Source of the DNA: Octopus bimaculoides
Taxonomy: Eukaryota
DNA: 64,000 bases
NCBI RefSeq assembly: GCF_001194135.2
Contig: NC_068989.1
Span: 41,757,259 to 41,821,258 of the forward strand
Reading direction: 5' to 3'
Below are positions 26,699-38,474 of this stretch, in pieces. The position numbers and the translations under genes were made by a program. Below the pieces are notes generated by a model. That model ran no database searches and was not told where the DNA came from. It saw nothing but the letters and a program-made list of their open reading frames with translations. Each line of letters begins with the position of its first letter. The first letter of the stretch is position 1.

Positions 26699-27779
26699 GG
26701 AACAACAGCTAGTTACAGTAGACATGAGGTAAAACAATACAGGATATAAGATGAATGTGAGGGAGTGAAAACATACCTACACACACAGCTACCTGCATGC
26801 ATATGTGTGTATGTATGTATGTATGTAGATAGATAGATTATGTATGTATATCTGTAACACATGCTACTGTGTAAAGTAGCTTGGTCCGATTTTCTTTATT
26901 AGCATTCGTATGTATACACATTTGTGTTTATGTATGTAACTGTATATAGATATACGTGCGCGCGTGTGTAGGTGAGAGAATACTGTAGGGGAAATTTATG
27001 TGAAGCGCGAAGTCAGGGGTGTGTCAGAGGAGAGAAAGACTGTGTGTGTGTGTGTGAGATAGAGAGAGAGGGGGGGGGGAGAGATACTGTGTGAGTGTGT
27101 GTGTAAACTTTGTCAGAGATCAGACAGATTAAGAAGTTGAGAAGAACGAGGGTGAGTGAACGAAAGAAAATGTTAGGTGAAAATACTGACGTGGTGGTAC
27201 ATGGAGGGAGGAGAGGTAGAAACCTGAGTGTAAGTATAGAAGGTAGTAGTGGCTGAAGTCTGAGTGTAGGTACCAGGAGGGGTGAATGCCTGTGTGTTAG
27301 AGGAGGAAACTAAGAAGGCGGGGGCGCCTTATTTTAAAAGAAGGACCAACGCAACAGATTAAGGAGAGACAGGTGGACGGAAAGGTTATGATGTTAGATG
27401 ATGCGTGAGATAAGGTTTAGCTGGTTGTAACTTAAATAGCCTCAACAACTATTTATTGTGATAATTTACGGTGGTGGTGATGTGGATGAGCGTATAAAAA
27501 GAAAAGTGACAATGTCAACGAAAATGTTTCTCTTTTCCTCAGTTTATTATTATTGTTATTATTATTATTATTATTATTATTCGACCGTCGCTATGTTCTG
27601 AGTTTATATTCCGCCGGGGTCGACTTTGCCTTTCATCCACTCGGGGTTGATAAATTAAGTACCAGTTGAGTACTGGAGTCGATGTAATCGTCAATCCCCC
27701 TCCCCGAAATTCCAGGCTTTGTGCCTATAGTAGAAAAGATGATGATTATTATGATTATTATTATTATTATTATTATTAT

Positions 27780-27826
<47 letters not shown>

Positions 27827-28182
27827 GGCAGTGAGTTGGCAGAATCGTTACCACACCGGACAAGATGCCAAGCGGCATTTCTAGTGACTTTACATTCTGA
27901 GTTCAGATCCCTGCCGAGGCTGACTTTTACTTCCATGCTTTCAGGGCCGATAAAATAAGTACTCGTCATGTACTGGTGTCAATGTAGTTGACTAGTCCCT
28001 CTTTCCACCACTCAAATCTACTAGCCTTATGCAAAAATTTAGAATTATTATATCATGGATTTTGTGAACAATAGCGTCGTTAGTTTTCAGTTTCTGACTA
28101 ACTATATCTAGTTTTGAAGTTCCTATATATTTTTTCACACTCCAATTCAAATCCTATACCGAAATTATTATGGTTTCCAATT

Positions 28183-28220
28183 GACAACTGACGAAGGGAT
28201 CAAGCTTGCACATGTCTGTC
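28183..28220 (+). ncRNA. Degenerate minimal hammerhead motif
   Basis: GACAA-CTGACGA-AGG gatcaag CTT-GCA-CATG-TC-TGTC. The first core, palindromic ACATGT, GUC and stem I are present, but GAAA is corrupted to GCA. Confidence 0.35.
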
Positions 28221-28934
28221 TTTGCAGTCTCATCTGTTTATATTATATAGTAATGCAACTTGGTTCTCTCTCAACTTGAATGAATGACTGTATGTATTTC
28301 ATTTTATTGAAGTAACTTCGAAGTATTGCCAGCAGTTGAGTCGTTAAACTGCTACTACCGGTGAGACTTCACAGCCAGACTCACTGTTTTGATCATCTTT
28401 ATATTTCATAATTATATAAAAAAAAAAAAATCTTCAAATAACACACACACACACAAACTGTTTTTTCATGAGGAAGCGATAAATTTTAGAACTGAATATG
28501 GAAAGTTGGAGTATCTGATATATTTTAACTGAATGACTTTAAAATCTCAGTATTCTGACAATCGGAGCTCATTGCATCTTAAACTGTCCGGTGTTTCAAT
28601 TTCGTGACCATATAGATTTGTTTAATGTCGCATTTAAAGTAAAAGTACTTTTACAATGAATGACATCACCTGCGAAGATGAGTGAAAGTGGAGTTCAGAA
28701 AGGAGAATAGGTAAATGATGGTGTGAAGAAAGAAAACAAGGAAATGCGTGTGTGTGTGTGTGTGTTCTTTTTTAAATCATTTAAAACTGTACATATACAC
28801 ACACGTTTCCTTGCTTTCTCTTTCATGCAGTCTCTTATACCTTCTCTCATTCACTTTGTTTGCATGCATGTGTACATGTACAAATACATGTATGTGTATG
28901 TGTGTGCATATATATATTCTATCAACAAAAATTG

Positions 28935-29565
28935 AGGACTGTGATGGGTATGAGAATGGCCCCATCCTTTGCTAACCTAGTCATGGGATATCTAGAAATC
29001 AGTCTGTATCATAAGGTACTATAAAAATACGGCAACCCATTCTCCCTCTACACAGAAAATAACTGGAAGAGGTATCTGGATGACTGTTTCATTCTTTGGC
29101 ATGAAAGTATAGAGAGACGTAAACATTCAATTTACGATGGAATATAGCCATCAACAACTTCGATTCCTCAACATCCTCATTAAGAAATCTAACAATGAAA
29201 TAGAAACAGATATATACTATAAGCCCACGGACTCTAAGCAATATCTACCGTTCAACTCATGCCATCTCAGACACACTAGAATGAATATCCCTTTCAACCT
29301 AGCAAAAAGGATCTGTACTATAGTTTCTAATACAAGCACCAGGGACACACGACTACATGAACTAAAAGATACACTCATTACCAGGAACTACCCACCATCA
29401 CTAATTGAAATAGGCTTTCAATGTGCCCTACAACTCAACATCCACAGTCTGAGACATCCCAAATTAAAGAAGGATTTACAACCAAAAGCCCTACCATACA
29501 TCTCCACACACAAGCCTCTTAACAATGACACCTTTGACACCATCCTCCATAACATTCCCCTACTA
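28935..29565 (+). mobile_element. Penelope-like element (PLE) reverse transcriptase remnant, pseudogenised
   Basis: Translates to RTVMGMRMAPSFANLVMGYLE...WKRYLDDCFILW, then a frameshift to FTMEYS..LRFLNILI...DIYYKPTDSKQYLPFNSCH....NIPFNLAKRICTIVS. These are the characteristic PLE RT and thumb motifs. One stop and one frameshift. Confidence 0.9.
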
Positions 29566-29790
29566 TATATATACACAAATAATACATTTCTAAATCTCTG
29601 AGAGATTTATACAGTAGCAGTACAATAAAGTGATGGTATGTTGTCAACTTAATGTGACAGTCCCACGAAAGGGAAGAATGCTACTGCTATTTAGCCCTAG
29701 GAAACACCGTTTCCTGTTGGCCTTGACACATTTCCTGTGTCTTTATGTTTACAAAGTGGAGATAAACACCTCCACCCAGCAAAGCCAGCA

Positions 29791-29833
29791 TCCAGAGACT
29801 AGTTTCAGAGTCATTGCTCATCATCAGTCTGGA
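29791..29833 (-). ncRNA. Minimal type I hammerhead ribozyme motif
   Basis: TCCAGA-CTGATGA-T(GAG caatga CTC)T-GAAA-CTAG-TC-TCTGGA: 6-bp stem I, intact core, palindromic stem III ACTAGT, GUC cleavage triplet. Confidence 0.75.
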
Positions 29834-30051
29834 GTAGCATGGCTTGCTAGCTGTCAGTGCCTATCTGCCTTTGTAAACATATAATAATTCAAGGGAAATA
29901 CATTCATTGATTTCGAAATAGAATGTATAAATCTCTCTGAGAGATTTAGAAATGTATTATTTCTATTTTTGAAATCAGTGAATGTATTTCACTTGAATTA
30001 TTATATGTTTACAAAGGCAGATAGGCATTGACGGCTAGCAAGCCACGCTGC

Positions 30052-30092
30052 TCCAGACTGATGATGAGCAATGACTGAAACTAGTCTCTGGA
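30052..30092 (+). ncRNA. Minimal type I hammerhead ribozyme motif (second copy, stem II damaged)
   Basis: TCCAGA-CTGATGA-TGAGCAATGACT-GAAA-CTAG-TC-TCTGGA. Core intact, but a 2-nt deletion relative to the left copy removes stem II pairing. Confidence 0.6.
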
Positions 30093-32599
30093 TGCTGGCT
30101 TTGCTGGGTGGAGGTGTTATCTAGGGTTAAATAGCAGTAGCATTCTTCCCTTTCATGGGACTGTCACATTAAGTTGACAGNNNNNNNNNNTATATATATA
30201 AAGTGAAAGAGAGAAAAAGAGACTGCAAAGGAATTGTGGGAGGGGAGAGCAAGACAGAGAAAGGGAGGATGGGAGGGGAAGGAAGAAAGACATAACTATA
30301 AGTTGGAGGACCCCCACCATCGATTATGTTACTTCATGAAATATTTTCAAGGATGTGGATTAACATTATGCAAAGAAAAAAAAAAAAGTAAAGTAAAAAT
30401 GATAAGTTTGCAGAATCTTTCTGTACCCCGCCTACATTTTATGATCACTGATTTCCGTAACATCAGCAATTTTCAATCATCCCCACCCTAATTTATATGT
30501 TTGAAACATCAATATTATGTAATCAACACTAAAAAACATATTTCTGTTAAAATTATTTTTTTAATGTATTTTTCAGAAAGTTATGAGGAAGCCAAGTTGG
30601 GGGACAGAAATCAAAAAGGAAATAGCAATTTATTGTAACCAATAGGCATTCAAAAATTAAACTTTATAACAAATTTACTTTGCAGAATCGTAATCTCATC
30701 TCCATATTTCTAAACATGGAATTCTTCCAAGCCTCACAAAGGACTTTTGTTTTTAAATTGAAAGTTTAATATGACGGTAGGGAGCAAAATAGTAGTCTTC
30801 ACTATTGAAAACATAGGAATGTAAAGAAATTTCTGAGGGAGAAGAAGGGAACAAAAAACGAAACCAAAAAATGTGGTGCCTATTCAAAACGTTTGTCTGG
30901 GTATTGGTGAATGGGGTCAACATTTCCACTTTCAGTCTCTAATCACAAGAAAATATAATACACACACAAATGCACACGTGCATGCTGTTGCCTGCAAACA
31001 GAAAAATACTTATACAAAGTCTATATAAGGAGAAAGTACATTCATAGATATGTGTTGCCCTTGGGCAAAGTATAGCAACCATTCAGTTACCCTGTCAAGG
31101 ATATGGTGAAGTCATGGGACTGCACAGCATGTTGGATTGTTAAGAAGTAGTGGAAGAGCTCAACTGAGCCAACAGTGCTTCTTACATTGATGCTGAGCAG
31201 AGGAATCCTATAATTTCAATGGTCAGGATCACCAAGCAGTTGATAATTATTTTAGTAACTGATCAAATAAACATTTAAAACTGAATGGACAGGGTGTTAT
31301 TACATACATACACATGTGTGAGTGTGTGTACTGTTTTGTTCATTTTCTTTTGCACCTATATATATGGACATTCGTGTGTGTTTGTTAATATTTGTGCTCT
31401 ATGAAAGTAGCACAATACAGAGTTGATGTTGTTATCACTTCTGTCAACAAATCTCCTGCTCACTTTGCACCACTAAAGACATTTAACAAGCTATCTATTA
31501 CTTGAAAAACAGGCAAGGGTCAGCAATAGAAAGGGCATCCAGCTACAAAACACTGTCTTGATAATACATTCATCTAACCCATGCTAGCAAAGAGAAATGA
31601 ATGAAAAATTAACAAATGACAGATATACACATATATCAGGTTTCTTACCATTCACCAAGTTGAGGAACACACAGCTATCAGTTCTTGATCATTAAGATTA
31701 AGTAGTGGAGTTAACAACTGGTTAAACAGTCATTATTTATTAATTTAACAACCTTTATAACCTTGTATATTTATAAAATACACCAGATCAACGGCAGTAG
31801 ACATTGATATATATATATACATATTGAGTGCATCTTACACACACACACTCAACATACATGTATATATGTAAATATATGTGAGAGGTAAATGAGAAAGTGA
31901 TTAGAGAGAGAGAAAGAGAGAAGGTCAGACACAGAGACAAAGCTGTAGCTGGAGATTATTTAGAAATTAATATGAGTCCAATTATAACAATGTCTGAGAG
32001 AAAATAAGCCTGCGGAAGCATCATCAGCATTGTTTAGCGTTCACTCTTCTATGCTTGTATGGTTTGGGGTTTGTTGAGGTGGATCTTCAATGACTGGATG
32101 CCTTTCCTGTCTCCAACCCTCTCCTGTTCCCAAGTTAGGTAATATTTCCCCAAGACCAGAACACCACAGAATATCGCTAATGAAATACACCACTTGCACT
32201 GTGGTTTACAACACTAACATAATGTCAAAGCAAGGAGACAGTAACAGATACAAAAACACATACACACACATATGGAGAGAGAGATAGAGACAAAGAGGAG
32301 CAGAGCTGTGAGGTAAAAAATTCACACCCCAACCATAGGTTTAGGGTTCAGTCCTACAGCGCAGCACCTTGAGCAAGTATCTTCTACTATAGCTCTAGAT
32401 CAACCAAAGCTATGAGTAGATTTGGGAGATGGAAACTGAAAGAAGCTTGTTGTGAGCATTTCGGTATGGGAGGAGGTTATGTGCATATAACAAGGGTATG
32501 TTGTTGTTTTGCTCTGTTTTGAAAGATCTATACTGAAAAGTAATGTCACCAATGCTCTAAAATACCAGACATTATTTTGGTTTTAAGGCAACAAGACAG

Positions 32600-32855
32600 C
32601 TCACCTTATTGTACCTTGGGTGGAGAAGATGGGGGGGGGGGGGTACAAGAGAGGAAGAAAGCAAAGCACCAGGAGTTGGTGGAGGACCAGGTGCTTGCTA
32701 GTGGAGGTGGATAAATGAGGATTCACTGATTGTGCCCTTAGTAAGGTCTATGAAAACCTGGGCATTGCGGGAATGAGAAGAAAAGCTATTCAGCACAATG
32801 TAAAGGCTGCTAAAGAAGCAACTAGAAGTGACCAGTGGGATCAGTAGAATGTCAG
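32600..32855 (+). mobile_element. HERO-like (R2 superfamily, restriction-like endonuclease) non-LTR retrotransposon 3' remnant
   Basis: Frameshifted pieces LIVPWVEKM / ERKKAKHQELVED / LVEVDK*GF....L...Y..LGIAGMRRKAI....AA match the ELTVPWE..ERK..KY.ELVE..PVEVGCRGF..LGI.G.RR.AI C-terminus as I recall it for HERO elements. Confidence 0.55.
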
Positions 32856-33870
32856 TTGGATATTGGTCAAAGCTTGATCAACCAAAGCTGTGTCGCATGT
32901 TTAAGGGTGTTATGTTTTATAAGACCTGAAACATCTAATGATTGCACGGTACAAGACCAAAGATTTGTCCATGAAATGTATCCTGTAGATGTAGAGTTTG
33001 AAGGAGATTTGGCTGCTATTTGTAGCAGGACAAACAACTATATAGAGACTCCTTTACTTGCTTAAGACAAAGAATTCTTAAAACATGTGTCTGTACGTGA
33101 ATGTGTATGAGTGTCTCTGCATGTATGTGCATGTGTGTGTTAGATTAACCACACTTCCACATAATGAACTGTTTGCTAATCATCATGCTGTATGATATTC
33201 TAAATAATACCATCCTGCTAGCATTAATTAAATGGATTTATTTCAGGAATGTAGTGAGATGGCAAAAATCAATCAGTCAGAAATACTAAAAATACTCAGG
33301 AACAACTAAGAAAAAGCCAAAAAACAAAAACAAAGCTCTAAGAAATGGAGTGGATAATCTGTGATATTCATCAGGCTATGATTGGATATTTTAGTTAGTT
33401 ATCTTATATTACTGAAAATCTTGCAATAATCTGTGAAATCAATCATCTTAATCTATGAGAATGTTCAATCAACTGGAACATATAATTCCAAATCATCAGA
33501 CAGTAACTGAAACTGAGAAAGAGAGAAAGTATTGATTCTCTCTTTAAAAAAAGAAAAACAATACAAAACAAAACCATCAATATCTATTCTATTGTTGCAT
33601 CATTAAGATGGCAAACTGGCAGAATTGTTAGCATGCTGGGTGAAATGCTTAATGGCATTTCATCTGCTGCTATGTTCTGACTTCAAATTCCACAGACGTC
33701 GTCTTTGCTTTTCATCCTTTCGGGGTCGATAAATAAAGTACCAGTTGCACACTGTGGGCGATGTAATTGACTTACCCCAACCCCCAAAATTTCAGGCCTT
33801 GTATCTATGATAGAGAGGATTATTATTATTGCTTCCATTATTGTTTCCACTTTTTCGAGATCAGTGATTT

Positions 33871-34078
33871 TATTTATATTTGACGGATATTTGCCCTCAT
33901 CTTGTTTGTTGTTAACACAATGTTTTGGCTGATATACCTTCCAGCTTTCATCAGGTGTCTTGGGGAAATTTCAAACCTGGGTTCTCATTCCTAAGGTATT
34001 TTTCGATGTTACTGCCTGGAATCGAACTCAGAATCTTGGGGTTAGTAGACCACGCTTTTAAACACTACGTGATATGCC
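33871..34078 (-). mobile_element. tRNA-headed SINE with a decayed minimal hammerhead in its body
   Basis: Head GGCATATCACGTAGTGTTTAA (A-box-like) ... GAGTTCGATTCC (B box, 34018-34029) is joined directly to a body containing ACAC-CTGATGA-AAGCTG..CAGCC-AAAA-CATT-GTGT (33915-33958). Confidence 0.65.
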
Positions 34079-34140
34079 TGTGGAAAAAGTATATATATAT
34101 TTGCATTGAGAACCACTTCACATCGCCAACTGGTGGTTGT

Positions 34141-34185
34141 CACATGTTGATGATGGGTCAATACCCAGAAACCCGGGTCCGTTTG
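34141..34185 (+). ncRNA. Minimal type I hammerhead ribozyme motif, C3U variant
   Basis: CACATG-TTGATGA-TGGGT caat ACCCA-GAAA-CCCGGG-TC-CGTTTG: perfect 5-bp stem II, 8-nt palindromic stem III ACCCGGGT, GUC triplet, stem I with 5 of 6 pairs (one G-U). Confidence 0.65.
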
Positions 34186-34394
34186 TATCACGTCAGGCTG
34201 GAGATGGACAGGATGACTTCCCTTTGCAAATACTGATAGGGCGCAGAAAGTGTGTCAATAGCCAGCTGGAGGAGATGTCTTCCTGGGGCTACAAACTACA
34301 GTAGCATCAACCTTTAAGGGTTAGCCACATTTACATGGCAAATATACTTCACGATTATTATTATTATTATTATTATAATTATTATTATTATTAA

Positions 34395-35085
34395 GACAGC
34401 AAGCTGGCAGAAGTGTTAGCATACTGGGCAAAATGCTTGTTTTTACGTTCTGAGTTCAAATTCCGCTGAGGTTGACTTTGGCTTTCATCCTTTTGCAATC
34501 AATAAATTAAGTACCAGTGAAACACTGGAGTTGATGTAATCAACTACTCCTCTCCCCAAAATTTCAGGCCTTGTGCCCGAAAGGATTTGATTATTAAGGC
34601 AGCGAGCTGGCAGAAAGGATTATTATTATTATTATGATTATTAAGGCAGTGAGCTGGCAGAACTGTTAGCACATCGGGCAAAATGCTTAGTGGCATTTCA
34701 TCCATCTTTATGTTCTGAGTTCAAATGCTGCCAGGGTCGACTTTGCCTTTCATCCTTCCAGGGTCAATAAAATAAGTACAAGTTCATCACAGGGATCAAT
34801 GTAATAAGACTTAACCCCTCCCCAGACATTGCTGGCCATAATTTGAAATAATTACTATTATTATTATGGTGGAAAGCTGGCATAGTCATTAGCATGCTGA
34901 ACAAAATGCTTATTGGCATTTTTTCCAGGTTTATGTTCTGGGATCAAATTCTACCAAAGTCGACTCTGCTTTACATTCTTTCGGAGTCGATGAAATGAGT
35001 ACCAGTTGAAAGCTAGGGTTGATGTAATTGACGTACCACCTCTCCCCTGTAATTGCTGGCCTTAAGCCAAAACTTTAAACAAGCG

Positions 35086-35115
<30 letters not shown>
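34395..35115 (+). mobile_element. Head-to-tail train of three SINE family A copies plus one truncated head; other copies or trains at 27581-28050, 33607-33835, 46486-46930, 575-1190(-), 15745-16665(-), 21445-21640(-) and 44190-44400(-)
   Basis: Repeated GGC.G.GAGCTGGCAGAA...GAGTTCAAAT.C.GC.GAGGT.GACTTTGCCTTTCATCC...AAGTACCAGT units, each ending in (ATT)n. Confidence 0.85.
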
Positions 35116-35120
<5 letters not shown>

Positions 35121-37078
35121 TAGGTTTCATTCTTTCCCCACTCTGCCATGCTTAAACAAAAGGAATGTTCAAGAGCATCTCCGCCTTCCTGGGGCAATGT
35201 TCTGCAAGGTAATAATGACTGTAAGAATATTATTTATTAGTGATGTGGGTTGCCTGACTGGCAGTGAAGAAGAACTCTCCACTGAAACTGTTACTCTGGT
35301 AACAGAATAAAAAGGCAATTTAGCTGTAGAATGGTAAATTGGCTGTTGAACAATATACACTTGGATTTCATTTCTGGAGAGTTTTCTGGTTTTCAGTTTC
35401 TTTATTATTTCAGTTCAGCTTAGCATTTGCCAAACAATGGCAAATATCAACAAAATGAAGATAATTGGAAGATATGGCAAAAGACAGTATGGTACAGCTG
35501 GTTTTTATGTTAGAGAATAGTCAGTGGCAGCGGTGGTGATGCTGCTGGCAGATTCTGTCAAATCTCCACTTGAACACGGTTTTAAGGTGGGAGGAAAATC
35601 ACACAGAATAGAATACACATTTCTTTTTGGAGAGGAAAATTCCTCAAAAATGAGAAGTCTGAAACTAAATTTCTGTTCCAAATTGCAACCATTTCTTTCT
35701 AAGTCAATGAGGGATTCTCTACTCAGTGGCTTGACCTTCAAGAATTAGCAGCCAAATCTACTTTAACTGTTTTGTTGCCATATTTTTGTTGAAATCCACT
35801 GCTTTTCTTTCAATTTCTTTTGAAAATAATAAAGAATTTAGTAAAATAACTTTGCCGTTGCTAAAGCTGGTAATGGTATTTGAATGATAAATTAACATGG
35901 AATTTGGATGGCAAATTTTAATTTAGATGGCTTCAATCCTTTAGCATTTAAACAGGCCATATCCAGTCAAAATATTCTACCTGTTTTATCTTTAAACCAG
36001 CCAGATTTGGCCTCTCATACACACCCTATAATGTCATTCTAAAAATAAACAATCACATCATTGAAATCTGTAAGCTATGAGACAATGCGTAATCATTTCA
36101 AGACAATGTGAATGAATAAGCATTACATTTGACATAGTAATCTGAATGCTAAAGGGTTAAGCCATGAGGTTTATATCATAGAATCAAAGGTGGTCTCAAA
36201 ATATCCTACTGTCTTAAATAAAAGATTAGTGGTCAAATCAGTCTTAATTAAAGAATTATTAGTAAAACCTACTTTAAATCACACCCTAACATTTGAAATT
36301 AAAGATACACATTAATACTTATCATGCAGGCATGTAGTTTCAGATTCAGTCCCACCGCATGACACTTTGGGAACATGTCCTCCACTATAACCCAAGGCTG
36401 ACCAATGCCTTATGAATAAATTTGGTAGGTAGAAACTATGTGGAAGCTTGTGTGTGTGTGTGTGTGTGTATGTACTGCATTTTCTCGTGTACAAGTCAAC
36501 ATGGTTCACTCATTGTCACTATCTTTCCAAATTCTGCTGGGGTGGGGGTGTCTGTGTTTGACCCTAGCAGCATTTGTCAATTGATATTAGTTTGGTTACA
36601 TTCCCATAATATAGCAGGTTGTCAAAAGAGACTGCTAGAATAAGTACCTTAAGACTTAAAAAAAAATGTAAATACTGCAGTCAATTTGTTTGACTAAACC
36701 CTTCAAAGTGATGCCCTGGCAAGGCTGCAATCCAAAGATTGAAACAAGATAAAAGGAACAATTCTAAGACTGATTTCATGTTGTACAATGAATCTCAGAG
36801 AAACATTTTGAGTTCTCAGTGAAATGAGAATATTTTCAAGCTAACCAGTCTCTGATTTTTGACTCAACCTTAGGTTCTACATAGTGTCACCATTCTGCTG
36901 TGAAATTCCCGTTTACTGCCACTTAAGAATATTGGAAAATATTTTGAACTCATGAAATCCAATTAGCTTAATTAAAAACAATGTAAAAATTAATGTTGAA
37001 TTCACATTAAAAATATTGTGAAATATTATGTGTATCTATGTATATGTATGTGTTTGTGGGTGTTTATGTATTTGCATA

Positions 37079-37123
<45 letters not shown>

Positions 37124-38433
37124 ATGTGCTTATATGTCTGCATGTATGAATGTTTATATGTTGCCATGTGCCTGCATGTGTTTGTGTTTATATGCCTGCA
37201 TGTGTGTGTGTCTGTATATTTGCATTGTTGTGTATATGTGTACATGTTTATACATCAGTGTGCGCGTATGTGTGTGTGTGTGTGTTTGAGTGTCTGTCAA
37301 AGAAGAAATTAATGTACAAGAAACAAAAACAATGCTCATTGGCTCAGTTTCCTGTGGTTTGTGCTAAATTAATAGAAAACATCATTGCACATGTTTCGCT
37401 GAAAGCCTGCTAAATGGAAGAAAGAGGTACAAAAAAAACCCCAAAAAAACAAAAAAACAAAAAAACAAAAAAAAAAAAAAACGAGATTCTTTCATTAAAG
37501 ATGCAGAGAAAGAATGTACCAATTCTTCAGATTTATTGAAAATCATTACACAGTAACATTAAAATACAATAAAGTTACCATTGTAGTGAATTTCATTATA
37601 ATATAATATATATAGATGTGTGTGTGTTACTGTTTCTTTGCTTTAACAGAGTGTGATAGTTGTAAACAAATGTCAACGTCAGGCAAGTGGTGTCCTTTGT
37701 TTCCTGTCTTCTGTGAAAACATGTCTGGTCATGGGAAATAAAACCTTACTTCAAAATAGGTGAGGGTTGGCAACAGGTAGGGCATCCAGTTATAGAAAAT
37801 TCACAAGCATGGAAAAGCAGAATTAGAATGATAATGATCAAGATGATGATGATGGTATTAAGGCACAGACACGGGTGTGTGTGATCAAAAAATACATATC
37901 CCAACCATATGGTTTCAGGTTCAGTCCCACTGCATGGTACCTTGGCGCATGATGTTTTCTAAAATAGCCCCATGCCAACAAACTCTTATGAGTGGATTTG
38001 ATAAATGGAAACTGAAAGAAGCCTATTGTATGTGTGTCTTGGCATTGAGTGTCACCACTGTACAAGTGGTATCCTTTGTTGCTGATCATCAGTGTAAAGA
38101 AGTCTAGCCATGGGAAAGCACCACCTTGTTTAGAAGCAGGTCAGGATTGGTGACAGGAAGTGCATTCAGCTGTAGAAAATCTGCCTCAACAAATTTTGTA
38201 GGTCCCATGCAAGCATGGGAGAAAAGGTATGATGATGATGATGATGTATACGTATTTCCTTTGCTGCAATCTAATGACTGCAGCTGTGCTCAGGTTCTGC
38301 CTAAATGCATTTAGTTGAATAAATTGAACCCAGCACTCATTTTAAGTCTGACATTATTCTATTAGTCACTTTTTGCTCGTTACACACAAATTCAAGACAA
38401 GGAGACATAGATACCCATATTTCCCTACCCCCC

Positions 38434-38474
<41 letters not shown>

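Larger units (their letters stand above)
24200..28400. promoter_or_regulatory. CpG-retaining promoter/5' region of the minus-strand gene
   Basis: CpG dinucleotides are visibly frequent here compared with the depleted non-repeat DNA elsewhere. There is a GC box GGCGGGGGCG at about 27317-27326, and the zone contains both candidate first exons. Confidence 0.5.
29579..30180. mobile_element. Inverted pair of about 345-bp PLE-type terminal-repeat units, each carrying a minimal hammerhead
   Basis: 29641-29923 is the reverse complement of 29961-30179 apart from an approximately 60-bp deletion in the right arm. The loop segment 29924-29959 recurs inverted at 29579-29612. It is adjacent to the PLE RT. 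Confidence 0.7.

Noticed and set aside
35053-35748. Overlapping ORFs on both strands in a unique block
   Set aside because: Several frames look equally protein-like, splice sites are weak and no domain is recognisable, so no call is possible.
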